Origin: an uncultured delta proteobacterium
Lineage (GTDB): Bacteria; Myxococcota_A; Polyangia; Haliangiales; Haliangiaceae
DNA: 64,000 bases
Direction: 5' to 3'
Assembly (NCBI GenBank): GCA_963848295.1
Contig: CAWKDB010000001.1
Coordinates: 1 to 64,000 of the forward strand
The stretch's first letter is position 1; each line of letters opens with the position of its first letter. The translations under genes were made by a program, and so were the position numbers. Shown here one piece after another: positions 28,103-39,236 of the stretch. The notes beneath the pieces were generated by a model. The model did no database searches and was not told the origin of the DNA. It worked only from the letters and a program-made list of their open reading frames with translations.

Positions 28103-29947
28103 ATGGTTCGCGGAGACGGAGCGACCGACCCGACCCTCGCTGCTGCGGCTGCGTCCGATACCGCGCTCGAGGGCGCGACCGACGACGACGCAGCGACGCC
28201 GCGGCGCCAGGGTGATGGTGCGAGCTACGTGGTCCCCGGCTATCACCTCGGCGATCTCCTCGGCCGCGGTGGCATGGGCGAGGTCTTGCTCGCGCACGAT
28301 CCGAAGATCGGCCGCGACGTCGCGGTCAAGCGGATGCGGATGGCCGAGCCGTCGGCCGATGCGATCGCGCGGTTCTGGCGCGAAGCGAAGATCCAAGCGC
28401 GCCTCGACCACCCCGCGATCGTGCCGGTGCACGAGCTCGGCCACGACGCCGGCGGTCAGCCGTACTTCACGATGAAGCGCCTCGCCGGTACGACGCTGCA
28501 GGACGTGCTCGCGCACGGCCGCGACTCGCAGCAAAAGCTGCTGCGCACGTTCATCGACGTCTGCCTCGCGATCGAGTTCGCACACGTTCGCCGCGTCGTC
28601 CACCGCGATCTCAAGCCGTCGAACATCATGCTAGGCGATTACGGCGAGGTCTACGTGCTCGATTGGGGCATCGCCCGGGTGCTCGGCGACACCGCGAACC
28701 CCGACGCGATTTCAGATATCCCCAGTCTCGACGGTCATACCCAGGTCGGGGCGATGCTCGGCACGCCCGGATTCATGGCACCCGAGCAAGTGCGCGGCGA
28801 CGCCGAGGTCGGCACCGCGGCCGATGTCTACGCGCTCGGCGCGATCTTGTTCGAGATCCTCGCCGGCGAGTCGCTTCACCCGAGCGGCGCCGCCGCGATC
28901 GCGAGCACGCTGACCACGCCGACAGCCGCGCCTGCGCAGCGCGCTTCGGATCGGCAGATCGCGCCGGAGCTCGATGCGGCATGTACCGCCGCGCTCGTGG
29001 AGGTTGCGCTCGCGCGGCCGACCGCGCGCGAGCTCGGCGAACGAGTCCAACGCTATCTCGACGGCGATCGTGACGTCGCCGCCCGGCGTGCGTTCGCCGC
29101 GGATCAGCTCGCGCTCGCGCACGAAGCCGCCGCCGATCCGGCTCGCCGGATCGAGGCGATGCGCGTCGCTGGCCGGGCGCTCGCGATCGACCATCAGTCG
29201 GTAGAAGCGGCGCAGCTCGTCACCCGGTTGTTGCTCGAGCCGCCGGTCGCGGAGCCGCCGGAGCTCGCGGCGCGGTTGCGCGCGGTCGACGACGAATACA
29301 CGACCAAGTCCGCTCGGCTGTCGGTGTACGCGCTGCTCTGCTTCTTCACGTTCTTGCCGGTGCTCGCGTGGAACGGCGTCAAGTCGTGGGGCCTGGTGGC
29401 CGCCGCGTTCGTGGTCATCGCCGCGCTCGTCGCCTACGTGTTCGTGTACGCACGCCGCGGCGGCGTCACGTTGGTCCCGACGCTGATCGGCAACTGTATC
29501 GTCGGGGCCATGCTCGGGCGCTTGTTCGGCCCCTTCGTGTTCATCCCGCCGACGATGGCGATCGTCATCTTCGGGATGGCGGCGCAACCCGAGTTCGTCG
29601 AACGCCCGTTCGTGGTGATCGGCGGCGGCATCGCCGCGCTCGTCGTGCCGATCGTGCTCGAAGCGACCGGCGTCATCAGCTCGACGTGGTCGCTGTCGAA
29701 CGGCGGTCTCGAGATCCACTCCGATGCGATTGCCATCGGCGGCGCGCCGACTGCAACGCTGCTGATCGCCGGCACGATCGCCACGATGATCGTCGCGGGG
29801 CTGTTCAGTCGTGGCCTCGCGCGGTCGCGTCGCGACGCGCATCGCCGGCTCGAAATTCACGCGTGGCATCTCGCGCAGATGCTGCCGGTGGAGACACCGC
29901 CCGCTCCGAGTCCCGCACCGGCGAGCAGTTGTCACGACCGCCCGTGA
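28103..29947 (+). CDS. Ser/Thr kinase with multi-pass C-terminal membrane domain
   Basis: GRGGMG, VAVK, HRDLKPSN, DWG, GTPGFMAPE; about 6 TM segments; TACGAT 6 nt before ATG. Confidence 0.92.
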   Translation: MVRGDGATDPTLAAAAASDTALEGATDDDAATPRRQGDGASYVVPGYHLGDLLGRGGMGEVLLAHDPKIGRDVAVKRMRMAEPSADAIARFWREAKIQARLDHPAIVPVHELGHDAGGQPYFTMKRLAGTTLQDVLAHGRDSQQKLLRTFIDVCLAIEFAHVRRVVHRDLKPSNIMLGDYGEVYVLDWGIARVLGDTANPDAISDIPSLDGHTQVGAMLGTPGFMAPEQVRGDAEVGTAADVYALGAILFEILAGESLHPSGAAAIASTLTTPTAAPAQRASDRQIAPELDAACTAALVEVALARPTARELGERVQRYLDGDRDVAARRAFAADQLALAHEAAADPARRIEAMRVAGRALAIDHQSVEAAQLVTRLLLEPPVAEPPELAARLRAVDDEYTTKSARLSVYALLCFFTFLPVLAWNGVKSWGLVAAAFVVIAALVAYVFVYARRGGVTLVPTLIGNCIVGAMLGRLFGPFVFIPPTMAIVIFGMAAQPEFVERPFVVIGGGIAALVVPIVLEATGVISSTWSLSNGGLEIHSDAIAIGGAPTATLLIAGTIATMIVAGLFSRGLARSRRDAHRRLEIHAWHLAQMLPVETPPAPSPAPASSCHDRP

Positions 29948-30001
29948 GCTAGGGCGGAACTCGCACACTATGCGATCCGGCGTTTGCCGCGTGCACGATC
30001 C

Positions 30002-30637
30002 TCAGGATTCGAGCGCGAAGCCTCGCCTGACCTGGACCAGTGCGGCGGCCAGACAGGGATCGTCGGGCAGCTCGAACGCGAGCGATGTCCCCCAAGAGGT
30101 GTCGAGCAGGTGATCGAGCTGCGCGTGCATGCGCGCGACCTCCGCGGTCGACGGCCGGCGCGGCAAGCCGAGCGTGACGCGGAACCGCAGCGCACCGGCT
30201 TCGGCTTGCAGCTGGCCCGAGAACGCGACGACCTCGGGCGCGAAGCCGAGCATCGCGAACAGTCCTCCCGGTGGCGGATCGTTGAGCTCTCCGCGCGCGG
30301 CGAGATCGATCACCTGTGCGTCGACGATCGGTTCGTCGCGCACGACGTCGTACAGCTCGCACCGCGTCGTGAAGCTGACACTGCACGGCGGCGGCGCAGC
30401 GGCTGGTGGCGGCGCGAACTCGCGCGCGTGGTCGAGCAGCTCGATGATGTCGTCTTCGAGCTCGACCCATTCGTCGGCGTCGAGCGCGATGCCGGCGACG
30501 ACATGCGCGCGGCGATCGAGCTGATGCTCGACGGTATTGCGAAACGCCTCCGCTTCGCCCGACGTCCTTACCCTCGCGCCGAGCTCGACGAGATCGTCGA
30601 GCGCTGCTCGCGCGAACGCGATCTTCTTGTTCCGCAT
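30002..30637 (-). CDS. Hypothetical protein
   Basis: Only non-shadow-like ORF between the kinase and fumarase genes. Confidence 0.55.
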   Translation of the reverse strand: MRNKKIAFARAALDDLVELGARVRTSGEAEAFRNTVEHQLDRRAHVVAGIALDADEWVELEDDIIELLDHAREFAPPPAAAPPPCSVSFTTRCELYDVVRDEPIVDAQVIDLAARGELNDPPPGGLFAMLGFAPEVVAFSGQLQAEAGALRFRVTLGLPRRPSTAEVARMHAQLDHLLDTSWGTSLAFELPDDPCLAAALVQVRRGFALES

Positions 30638-30844
30638 GCTTCCAGTCACGGCGCGAGACGCTACTTCACTTGGCGCGTCCGGCGCCTCTAACTGGACATC
30701 ACTAGTTCATGACCGACAGGTCCGACCGTTCGACCGAGGTGATCTAGCGTGTGCGCGAGCGTGAGCATGCTCACGAGCGCGAGCGCGGGCGATCACCAGC
30801 TCGCGTTGGCCGAGATCCCGGGGGGCCACGCTAGACTCCGCCGC

Positions 30845-32485
30845 ATGCCGACGTTCGCGTACCAAGAGCTCCTCCCGGTCGGTCACCACGACGACACCCC
30901 GTTCAAGCAGTTGACCAGCGACTACGTGTCGACGTTCGACGCGCGCGGCAAGACGTTCCTCGAGGTTCAGCCCGAGGCGTTGACGCTGCTCGCCCGCACC
31001 GCGATGCACGATATCGCGCACTTGTTGCGGCCCGGCCACCTCGGCCAGCTCCGCAAGATTCTCGACGACGCCGAGGCGTCGGCAAACGATCGGTTCGTCG
31101 CACTCGAGCTGCTCAAGAACGCGAACATCGCCGCCGGCGGCATCTTGCCCGGCTGCCAAGACACCGGCACCGCGATCATCATGGGCAAGCGCGGTCAGTA
31201 CGTGATCTCGGAAGGCGACGAAGCGGCGCTCGCGCGCGGCATCTTCGACACGTACACGATGACGAACCTGCGTTATTCGCAGGTGTCGCCGCTCGACATG
31301 TTCGAGGAGAAGAACACCGGGACGAACCTGCCGGCGCAGATCGAGCTCTACGCGACCGCCGGCGACGAGTACCACTTCCTGTTCATGGCCAAGGGCGGGG
31401 GCTCGGCGAACAAGAGCCTGCTGTTTCAAGAGACCAAGGCGCTGCTCAACCCGAAGTCACTCGCCGCGTTCCTCGATCAGAAGCTGCGCTCGCTCGGCAC
31501 CGCCGCGTGCCCGCCGTATCACCTCGCGATCGTGATCGGCGGCACGAGCGCGGAGTACACGCTCAAGGTCGCGAAGCTCGCGTCGGCGCACTACCTCGAT
31601 CATCTCCCGACGAAGGGCGGCACGACCGGCCACGCGTATCGCGATCTCGAATGGGAGCACGAGGTCGTGAACATCGCGCGATCGACGGGCATCGGCGCGC
31701 AGTTCGGCGGCAAGTACTTCTGTCACGATGCGCGCGTGATCCGGTTACCGCGCCACGGTGCGAGTTGTCCGGTCGCGATCGCGGTGTCGTGCTCGGCGGA
31801 TCGCCAGGCGCTCGGCAAGATCACGAAGGACGGCGTGTTCCTCGAGCAACTCGAGACCGAGCCCGCGAAGTATCTGCCCGAGGTCACGCACGACGACCTG
31901 GCCGGCGACGTCGTCGCGATCGATCTGACGCGCCCGATGGCGGAGATCCGAGCGACGCTGGCGAAGTACCCGATCAGGACGCGGCTATCGCTGACCGGCC
32001 CGCTCGTCGTGGCGCGCGACATCGCGCACGCCAAGCTCAAGGAGCGGCTCGATCGCGGCGAGGGCCTGCCGCAGTACCTCAAGGACCACGCGGTCTACTA
32101 TGCGGGTCCGGCGAAGACTCCCGCGGGCTATGCGTCCGGCTCGTTCGGACCGACGACCGCGGGCCGGATGGACGGCTACGTCGAGCAGTTTCAGGCCGCC
32201 GGCGGCAGCCACGTGATGCTCGCGAAGGGCAACCGCTCGGCGGCGGTGACCGCGGCGTGCAAGGCTCACGGTGGATTCTACCTCGGCTCGATCGGCGGTC
32301 CGGCGGCGCGGCTCGCGAAGGACTGCATCAAGCAAGTCTCGGTGCTCGAGTATCAAGAGCTCGGCATGGAGGCGGTGTGGAAGATCGACGTCGTCGATTT
32401 TCCGGCGTTCATCGTCGTCGACGACAAGGGCAACGATTTCTTCGCGGGGCTCTCGGGCGACAAGAAGCTCCCGGTCAAGGCGTAG
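30845..32485 (+). CDS. Class I (Fe-S) fumarate hydratase
   Basis: [51 protein letters not shown]. Confidence 0.95.
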   Translation: MPTFAYQELLPVGHHDDTPFKQLTSDYVSTFDARGKTFLEVQPEALTLLARTAMHDIAHLLRPGHLGQLRKILDDAEASANDRFVALELLKNANIAAGGILPGCQDTGTAIIMGKRGQYVISEGDEAALARGIFDTYTMTNLRYSQVSPLDMFEEKNTGTNLPAQIELYATAGDEYHFLFMAKGGGSANKSLLFQETKALLNPKSLAAFLDQKLRSLGTAACPPYHLAIVIGGTSAEYTLKVAKLASAHYLDHLPTKGGTTGHAYRDLEWEHEVVNIARSTGIGAQFGGKYFCHDARVIRLPRHGASCPVAIAVSCSADRQALGKITKDGVFLEQLETEPAKYLPEVTHDDLAGDVVAIDLTRPMAEIRATLAKYPIRTRLSLTGPLVVARDIAHAKLKERLDRGEGLPQYLKDHAVYYAGPAKTPAGYASGSFGPTTAGRMDGYVEQFQAAGGSHVMLAKGNRSAAVTAACKAHGGFYLGSIGGPAARLAKDCIKQVSVLEYQELGMEAVWKIDVVDFPAFIVVDDKGNDFFAGLSGDKKLPVKA

Positions 32486-33515
32486 CGCGCACGAGCTCCC
32501 AGGTGTCGCTGGTCGTGGGCGTGACGACATCGGGGCTGCCGCCGTAGGTCACGACGACATCGCGCGTCGGATCGTAGACCGCGCCGAACGCTCCGCGCCG
32601 CACCGGCATGGTCGCGACCGAGTCGAACTCGAACGGCGCCTCGACCGCATTGACGACCTCGGTGTCGGTCAACCCGATCGGGCTCGTCGGGCCATCGCCG
32701 AAACCGCCGATCACGAACGTCTGATCGTAGTCCGGGATGTGCACGATCGCGGCGGCCGTGCGCTCGGCGAAGCACGTCACGCACGCCGGCGCGCCTGGCC
32801 ACGCGGCGTCGGCAGGGTCATACAGCCAGGTCTGCGACCTGAGCTGGCCATCGGGGTCGGCCAACGCGACGAATCTCGCGTGCTCGTGGTCGTAGGCGAC
32901 GATCGGGGTGCCATCGGCGATCCCGCCCGAGCCCTGACCGTTGGGCGACGGCGGCGTGATCTGCGTCCAGGTCGTGCCGACGAGCGTGTAGACGTCATCG
33001 GACGACTTCGCGTTTGCGACGTAACCGCCGAACATGAACAGCTCGTTCAGGTCGGGGTCGAACACCAGCTGCGCGCCCGCGCGGCCGCTCGGAGCGTTCG
33101 TCGTGGTCAGTGGCTGGAACGTGGTGCTGTCGCCGTCGAGCACGTAGACGTCGTTCTCGAACGAGCTGAAGTCCGGCGTGCCGCCGAAGATCACGATGCG
33201 ATCGCTGGCCGCGTCGTACGCCACCGCGGAATCGTTGATGCCGCCGTTCGTGCATTGTTGGCAGATCTCCGACCAGCCCGCGGTCTCGAGCTGCCACAGC
33301 GCATCGCTCGCGTTCGAGAACTCGTCGTTGCCGCCGTACATCAACACGCGCTGTCGCTTGGAGTCATAGAACAGGTGCGGCGCGTAGAGCGCGCCAGGGA
33401 GCGGATCGAGATCGGTGCGCTGGCGCCATACCCGCGCGACGCCATCGGTGGACGGCGCGCCGGGCTCGGAGATGCAAGCGCTCGCGACCAGCGCACACGC
33501 GATCGCGCGCATCAT
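32475..33515 (-). CDS. Kelch-repeat lipoprotein
   Basis: [14 protein letters not shown]; repeated YD...xxFGG...DxW units. Confidence 0.8.
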   Translation of the reverse strand: MMRAIACALVASACISEPGAPSTDGVARVWRQRTDLDPLPGALYAPHLFYDSKRQRVLMYGGNDEFSNASDALWQLETAGWSEICQQCTNGGINDSAVAYDAASDRIVIFGGTPDFSSFENDVYVLDGDSTTFQPLTTTNAPSGRAGAQLVFDPDLNELFMFGGYVANAKSSDDVYTLVGTTWTQITPPSPNGQGSGGIADGTPIVAYDHEHARFVALADPDGQLRSQTWLYDPADAAWPGAPACVTCFAERTAAAIVHIPDYDQTFVIGGFGDGPTSPIGLTDTEVVNAVEAPFEFDSVATMPVRRGAFGAVYDPTRDVVVTYGGSPDVVTPTTSDTWELVRATP

Positions 33516-34387
33516 CGCGTCCACCCGATGATCACCGCGCCACCATCGCGATCGATTCGCGCCGTGACGTCCACCGGCCTGGTGCGCTCGTGATGGACGA
33601 GCCAGGCGCCCACGCCGACCGCGATCGCTGCGCCGATCCAGCAGCCGATCGCCGCGCCTTGCCAGGTCTGGAACGCGCCGTGGTTCTTGGTGTAGTTGAA
33701 GTAGCTCTTCCGATCGGCGGTGCGCAGCGGTTGCAGCTCGTACTGATCGATCGCCAGGCCGCCGAGCGCGACCGCGACGCCGCCGCCGATCACGATCCAC
33801 GGCGCGAGCGTGTGGTGGACCACGCGCTCGAGGTGCAGCACGACCGTCTCGTGGTCGCCGGTCGCCACCGTGAGATCGCGCGTCGCATCGACGTAGCCCG
33901 GCGCCGATGCGCGCAGCGTGTAGTGGCCGGGGGCGAGGTGGATCGTCCCCGGCGCGAAGGTCTCGTCCGACGGGAAGCCGCTGACCGCGATCGTCGCGTC
34001 GGCCGGCGTCGTCTCGATCGCGAGGGTCGGGATGTTCGCCGCCGCGAGCTTCGCCGCCAGCTCGGCCTCGGCTTCGGCCGCCCACGGTGGCAGCGGGTCC
34101 GCGCCGTTCACCCGAGCGTGGCAGCGCGCGAAGAACAACTCGGCTTGCGGCCACAGCTCGCGTCGCGTGTAGGCAAGGCCGATCAGGCACGCGTACTCCG
34201 CGCGATGGCGCTGCGCGTCGGCTTGCTTGAACGCGTCGATCGCCTGTGTCCAGCTGCCCTGCTTGCCGAGCTCTTGACCCTTCGCGACCAGGTCGTCGAG
34301 CGGATCGGCGCGCGTCGTCGAAGCAAACGCGCATGTCGCGGCGAAGGCCACGAGCGCGAGAACCGACGGTGCGCCGATCCACCTCAT
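33512..34387 (-). CDS. TPR plus PEGA-domain secreted/membrane protein
   Basis: Signal peptide, TPR helices, PEGA-like 'IETTPADATI...LAPGHYTLRASAPGY', C-terminal TMs; ATGA coupling to the kelch gene. Confidence 0.8.
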   Translation of the reverse strand: MRWIGAPSVLALVAFAATCAFASTTRADPLDDLVAKGQELGKQGSWTQAIDAFKQADAQRHRAEYACLIGLAYTRRELWPQAELFFARCHARVNGADPLPPWAAEAEAELAAKLAAANIPTLAIETTPADATIAVSGFPSDETFAPGTIHLAPGHYTLRASAPGYVDATRDLTVATGDHETVVLHLERVVHHTLAPWIVIGGGVAVALGGLAIDQYELQPLRTADRKSYFNYTKNHGAFQTWQGAAIGCWIGAAIAVGVGAWLVHHERTRPVDVTARIDRDGGAVIIGWTR

Positions 34388-34460
34388 CCCGAGCAGCTCC
34401 CATAGGATAGCGATCTGTCGCCAGCTAGTAAAGACCGAACGGATCGCCGACGGTGGATGC

Positions 34461-35681
34461 GTGTTCGTCGGTATCGATTTCGGAACCACTAACTCGGCGG
34501 TCGCGATCGCCGACGAGCGCGGCGGTGTCGCGCTCGCACCGCTCGCCGGCGCGCCGTACTGGCGCACGGTGTTGTACTTCGAGCCCGGCGGCGGGCTCAC
34601 CGCAGGTGCGCGTGCGATCGCGCGCTACGTCGAGACCGAAGGCGAGGGCCGGCTGGTCCAGTCGATCAAGAGTCACCTCGCGAGCGCTTCGTTCACGCGC
34701 ACGACGATCTTCGGCAAGCGCTGGGCGCTCGAAGACATCGTCGCGGCGTATCTGCGCCACGTGCGCAGCGCCGTCGGCATCGAGCTCGGCAACCGCTGCG
34801 TGATCGGGCGGCCGGTGCGTTACTGGGGCGCGGAGACCGCGGACGACGACGCGCGTGCGGTGACTCGGATGCGCTCGGCGCTCGCGAGCGCCGGCTTCGA
34901 CGAGGTCGTGTTCGAGTACGAGCCGGTCGGCGCGGCCGCCCGTTATGCCGCTCGACTCGATCGCGAGCAGCTGATCGTCGTCGCGGACTTCGGCGGCGGC
35001 ACGACCGACTTTTCGGTGTTGCGCGTCGGGCCGGGTGCGACGATCGTGCTCGCGACCGGCGGCGTCGGGATCTCGGGCGACGCGTTCGACGCGCGCGTCA
35101 TCGATGCGGTCGTGGCGCCGGCACTCGGGCGCGGCACGCGTTATCGCGACGAGATGGGCGGCGAGGCGCCGGTGCCCGCGTGGCTGTATGGCCATCTCCG
35201 GCGCTGGCACCTGCTGTCTTTTCTCAAGGAGGACTCGACCCAACGCCTGCTCGCGCGCGTGTTGCGCGGTGCGATCGAGCCCGAGCCGCTCGAGAAGCTG
35301 ATCCAGATCGTCGACGACGATCTCGGGCTCGCGCTGCATCGCGCGGTCGAAGGCGCGAAGCTCGCGCTGTCGGTCGGTGACGCGGCTCGGGTCTCCGACC
35401 GAGTGATCGGCATCGATCTGCCGGTGACGCGCACGGCGTTCGATCGCTGGATCGCACCCGACCTCGACGCGATCGACACGGTGCTCGACGACGTCCTCGC
35501 GCGCGCCGGGATCGCCGCGACCGCGATCGATCACGTGTTCGCGACGGGCGGGAGCTCGCTCGTCCCCGCGGTGCGCGCCCGCCTCGCCGATCGGTTCGGC
35601 GCCGAACGGATCGAAGGGGGCGACGAGCTCACGAGCGTCGCGTGGGGGCTCGCGGCGCGCGCGCGCTCAGTGTTTGGCTAG
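34461..35681 (+). CDS. Hsp70-like ATPase without substrate-binding domain (YegD-like)
   Basis: GIDFGTTNS, IGRPV, YEPVGAA, DFGGGTTD, TGGSS; 406 aa. Confidence 0.88.
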   Translation: MFVGIDFGTTNSAVAIADERGGVALAPLAGAPYWRTVLYFEPGGGLTAGARAIARYVETEGEGRLVQSIKSHLASASFTRTTIFGKRWALEDIVAAYLRHVRSAVGIELGNRCVIGRPVRYWGAETADDDARAVTRMRSALASAGFDEVVFEYEPVGAAARYAARLDREQLIVVADFGGGTTDFSVLRVGPGATIVLATGGVGISGDAFDARVIDAVVAPALGRGTRYRDEMGGEAPVPAWLYGHLRRWHLLSFLKEDSTQRLLARVLRGAIEPEPLEKLIQIVDDDLGLALHRAVEGAKLALSVGDAARVSDRVIGIDLPVTRTAFDRWIAPDLDAIDTVLDDVLARAGIAATAIDHVFATGGSSLVPAVRARLADRFGAERIEGGDELTSVAWGLAARARSVFG

Positions 35682-36539
35682 GAACTTGTCGACGAGGCGA
35701 TAGAAGCCGTCGGGGTCGTCGTACATGACGAAGTGCTTGGTGTGCGGCAGCACCTTGACGACGTGATCGGGGATCGCTTCGACCTGCTGCGTGATCATCT
35801 GTTGATTGCCGCCGTCGGCGAGCACGACGAGCACCGGCGCGCGGATGTTCGCGACCTGGTCGCGCAGGTCGGTCGTGACGGTCTCGTAGATCGCGTCGCC
35901 CATCGTGTGACGGTCGGATTTCGCGATCGCGCCCAAGATCGGCTCGATCGTTTTCGGATCGGTGACCATGCTCGAGTACGCGGTCTTCACTTGATCCGGT
36001 AGCTCGTCATCGCCCGCTTGCGCCCACATGTTGCGCAGCGATCGCGCGGTCTCGTCGTCGGTGTCGGCGAGCGCGGGCCCGGCATCGACGATGATCACGC
36101 CGCCGATCAGATCGGGCGCGGTCGCCGCGAGCCAGTACGCGATCGTGCCGCCGAGGCTGTGGCCGACGATGATCGGCTTGTCGAGGTGACGCGACCGGAT
36201 GTAGCGGATCAGCTCCTTGCGTACGGTCGCTGCGAGCGGGCCGTGGATCCGCGGTCGCCCGGCGAACCCCGACAGGGTCAAGACGTGGCTCTCGACCTTG
36301 TCGCCGAGGTGGGCGACCGTGCCGTCCCAGACCTCGCCCGGACAGCCGAGACCGGGGATGAAGATGATCGCACGCCCGTGGCCGCTGACCTTCGCGGCGA
36401 ACGAACGCGGCTTGTAGCCGGCGGCGTCGACGAACGGTCGTCCGCCGAGCTCGTCGCCCGGTGCGTCGATCGGATCACCTGCGCGCTCGGTGCTCGCGCC
36501 GCAGGCGGCGAGGGCGAGGACCAGCACGAGGGATCGCAC
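35667..36539 (-). CDS. Alpha/beta hydrolase lipoprotein
   Basis: LAAC lipobox, FIPGL, GHSLGG, HFVMYD. Confidence 0.88.
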   Translation of the reverse strand: MRSLVLVLALAACGASTERAGDPIDAPGDELGGRPFVDAAGYKPRSFAAKVSGHGRAIIFIPGLGCPGEVWDGTVAHLGDKVESHVLTLSGFAGRPRIHGPLAATVRKELIRYIRSRHLDKPIIVGHSLGGTIAYWLAATAPDLIGGVIIVDAGPALADTDDETARSLRNMWAQAGDDELPDQVKTAYSSMVTDPKTIEPILGAIAKSDRHTMGDAIYETVTTDLRDQVANIRAPVLVVLADGGNQQMITQQVEAIPDHVVKVLPHTKHFVMYDDPDGFYRLVDKFLAKH

Positions 36540-36636
36540 CCCGCGACTATGCCACCGTCGGAGGCGTTCGAATCGCCGCAGCGTTGTCACATTCGCAAGC
36601 CGGATGTGAAACGCACGCGCGGTTCGATGCAGGGCC

Positions 36637-37929
36637 GTGCGCGCTCTAGCCTTCGCGACCCTCGGTCTTGTCGTTGCCGCGACCTCCTACGCGGTGGCTC
36701 AGCCCGCGCCAGCCGAGCCCCCTGCGGCGCCGGCACCCGAGCCCGCGCCACCGCCCGCGCCCGCGCCGCCGCCCGCCGCGCCGCCGCCCGCCGTGCCTGC
36801 ACCAACGCCTCCGCCGTCTCCGCCACCGCCGGACACCGCGCCCGAGCCGTCGCTGCAAACCGAGGAGGTGAGCCCGAGCGCCACACCATGGGCGATGCGA
36901 TTCGGTGGGTTCATCCAGCCGCAGTATCGAGTGCGCCAAGACGCACCCGGAGCGCCTAACGACACCAACGGGTTTCGCCTCGCGCGCGCGCGGTTCACCG
37001 CGACGGGCTCCGGCAAGCTCGGCAACATCGATCTGTCGTCCTACGTCGAGGCCGAGCTCCAGCCGTCGTTCTCGCTGTACGACGCCTACGTCACCGCGCG
37101 CCGGGCGCTCCCGGACCAGGGCGAGATCGCGATCGACCTGGGCCAGACCCGCACTCCGATCTCGATGCAGCAGCTGATCAGCGATACCCGCCGCTCGTTT
37201 GTCGAAGCCGCGCAGATCCAGACGATCGCGCCCGATCGCGACCTCGGGTTGCGGCTGTGGTTCACGCCGCCGAAGGCGAAGTGGATCCGGCTGATCGCCG
37301 GCGCGTTCAACGGCGAAGGCCGCAACCAAGTCCAGAATATCAACGAGAGCCTGTTCTACGCCGGCCGGCTCGAATTCACGCCGTTCGGCAAGGTGACGTA
37401 CGCCGAGTCGGCCTTCGCCGGGAACTGGCTGTCCGCTGCGATCTCGGCCGGCTACAACAAGCTGACGCCGGGCATGTATCACGAGAACGACAAGTACCTC
37501 GGCTACGACATTTCGGGAGCGTGGGACGGACTGTCCGGCTCGTACGAGTACCTCCAGGTCCAGCACGATTACCAAGGCGATGCGGCGAATTTCCCCGGCC
37601 CGACGTATCTGTCGAACGGCTGGGTCGCGCAGGTCGCGTACTTGCTGCCGATGCGGCTGCCGCCGTTCCGCAAGAGCCGGCTCGAGCTCGGGTTTCGCGT
37701 CGAAGAAATCGATCGCAACAATGCCGTCCCGATCACGATGATCGGCGATCCGAATCAGTCTTCTCGCGAGTACACCGCCGTGGTCTCCTACTACTTGCGG
37801 GAACACACGATGAAGCTCCAGATCGCCGCGAGCCACTTCACCGAGGTCGAGAACCACACCGCGACCGGGGCGGATGCGACCTACCCGAACGATCAGATCC
37901 TCGCCCAACTCACCTATCGAGTGGAGTGA
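36637..37929 (+). CDS. OprO/OprP-like porin with Pro-rich N-terminal linker
   Basis: Signal peptide, FRLARAR, LYDAY, GQTRTP, PDRDLG, FNGEG; amphipathic beta strands. Confidence 0.75.
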   Translation: MRALAFATLGLVVAATSYAVAQPAPAEPPAAPAPEPAPPPAPAPPPAAPPPAVPAPTPPPSPPPPDTAPEPSLQTEEVSPSATPWAMRFGGFIQPQYRVRQDAPGAPNDTNGFRLARARFTATGSGKLGNIDLSSYVEAELQPSFSLYDAYVTARRALPDQGEIAIDLGQTRTPISMQQLISDTRRSFVEAAQIQTIAPDRDLGLRLWFTPPKAKWIRLIAGAFNGEGRNQVQNINESLFYAGRLEFTPFGKVTYAESAFAGNWLSAAISAGYNKLTPGMYHENDKYLGYDISGAWDGLSGSYEYLQVQHDYQGDAANFPGPTYLSNGWVAQVAYLLPMRLPPFRKSRLELGFRVEEIDRNNAVPITMIGDPNQSSREYTAVVSYYLREHTMKLQIAASHFTEVENHTATGADATYPNDQILAQLTYRVE

Positions 37930-37931
37930 TC

Positions 37932-39236
37932 ATGCGCGCCCGCTTGCTCTATCTACTGTTCGTCGCAGGATGCGTGAAGGGCGATCCGATCGATCTCGGC
38001 TCGTTCGTCAACAATGGCGGCTCGCTCGTGATCGACGGCTGCGGCTACACGTTGACGACCTATCCCGGCGCGGAAGCGCCGACCGTCGCGCTCGCCGCGT
38101 TCGGTGCCGACCCGACCCCGAAGAACATCCACCTCGGGCTGATGGGCGATCCGAAGACCTCGATGGTCGCGCAATGGCGAACCAACGACGACACGACTCG
38201 CGCATCGAGCGTTCGCTACGGCGTCGGCGCGAACCTCACCGCCGCCCAGCTGACGACCACGGTGCAGGGCATCGAGTTCGGCTATCAAGGCACCGGCGGC
38301 AGCATCTATCGCGTCCACCAAGGCCATCTGTGCGGATTGTCGCCGGGCACGACCTACAGCTATCAAGTCGGCGGCGAGGATCTTAGCGGCAACTCGAACT
38401 ACTCGCCGATCTTCACGTTCCACACCGCGCCCGATATCAACGCGAACCCCGATACGTCCGTCGTGCTCGGCTTCGTCGGCGACTCGCGCGGCGGCTACGA
38501 CGTGTGGCAGCAGCTGATCACGGAGCTCCAGAGTCGCACGCCGGATCTGATCCTGTTCTCCGGCGACGCCGTCACGTTCGGGATCACGCAGGACGAGTGG
38601 GAAGACTTCTTCGCGCTCGCGCAGCCGCTGTTCGCGAACGTCCCGATGATCGCCGCCGACGGCAACCACGAGGCCAACGCGGTGAACTTCTATTCGCAGG
38701 TCGCGATGCCTGGCGATCAGCAGGACTACGGCGTCGACTACGGCTTCGCCCACATCACGGTCGGTAACGACTCGCCGGACGATCCGAGCGCGATCACCGG
38801 TGCGGCTCGTGACGCGATCGCGGCGGACTTCGCGGCGAGCCAGGGTGCGCAGTGGAAGATCTTCATGCACCACCAGCCGATCTGGTCGGCGTCGACCCGG
38901 CACGGATCGAGCGCGACGTTGCAGATGGCCTGGCAGCCGCTGATCGACCAGTACCATATCGACCTCGTGCTCAACGGTCACGACCACGACTACGAGGTCA
39001 CCAAGCCGCTGGTCGGCATGACCGTCCAGCCGACCTCCGATAACGCGACGGTGTACATCGTCGCCGGCGGCGCGGGCGCCGAGCTCTATCCGAACGGCAG
39101 CAACTTCTGGACGCAGTACTCCGAGAGCACGTACTCGGCCGCGACGATCAACGTCCGTCAAGGACAGCTCGACTTCGAGGCGTTTCGTCAAGACGGATCG
39201 GTGATCCCGACCGGATTCACGAAGACCAAGCCATGA
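37932..39236 (+). CDS. Metallophosphoesterase lipoprotein with purple-acid-phosphatase-like N-terminal domain
   Basis: VAGC lipobox, GLSPGTTYSYQVG, GDSRG, GDAV, GNHE, HHQP, GHDH. Confidence 0.88.
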   Translation: MRARLLYLLFVAGCVKGDPIDLGSFVNNGGSLVIDGCGYTLTTYPGAEAPTVALAAFGADPTPKNIHLGLMGDPKTSMVAQWRTNDDTTRASSVRYGVGANLTAAQLTTTVQGIEFGYQGTGGSIYRVHQGHLCGLSPGTTYSYQVGGEDLSGNSNYSPIFTFHTAPDINANPDTSVVLGFVGDSRGGYDVWQQLITELQSRTPDLILFSGDAVTFGITQDEWEDFFALAQPLFANVPMIAADGNHEANAVNFYSQVAMPGDQQDYGVDYGFAHITVGNDSPDDPSAITGAARDAIAADFAASQGAQWKIFMHHQPIWSASTRHGSSATLQMAWQPLIDQYHIDLVLNGHDHDYEVTKPLVGMTVQPTSDNATVYIVAGGAGAELYPNGSNFWTQYSESTYSAATINVRQGQLDFEAFRQDGSVIPTGFTKTKP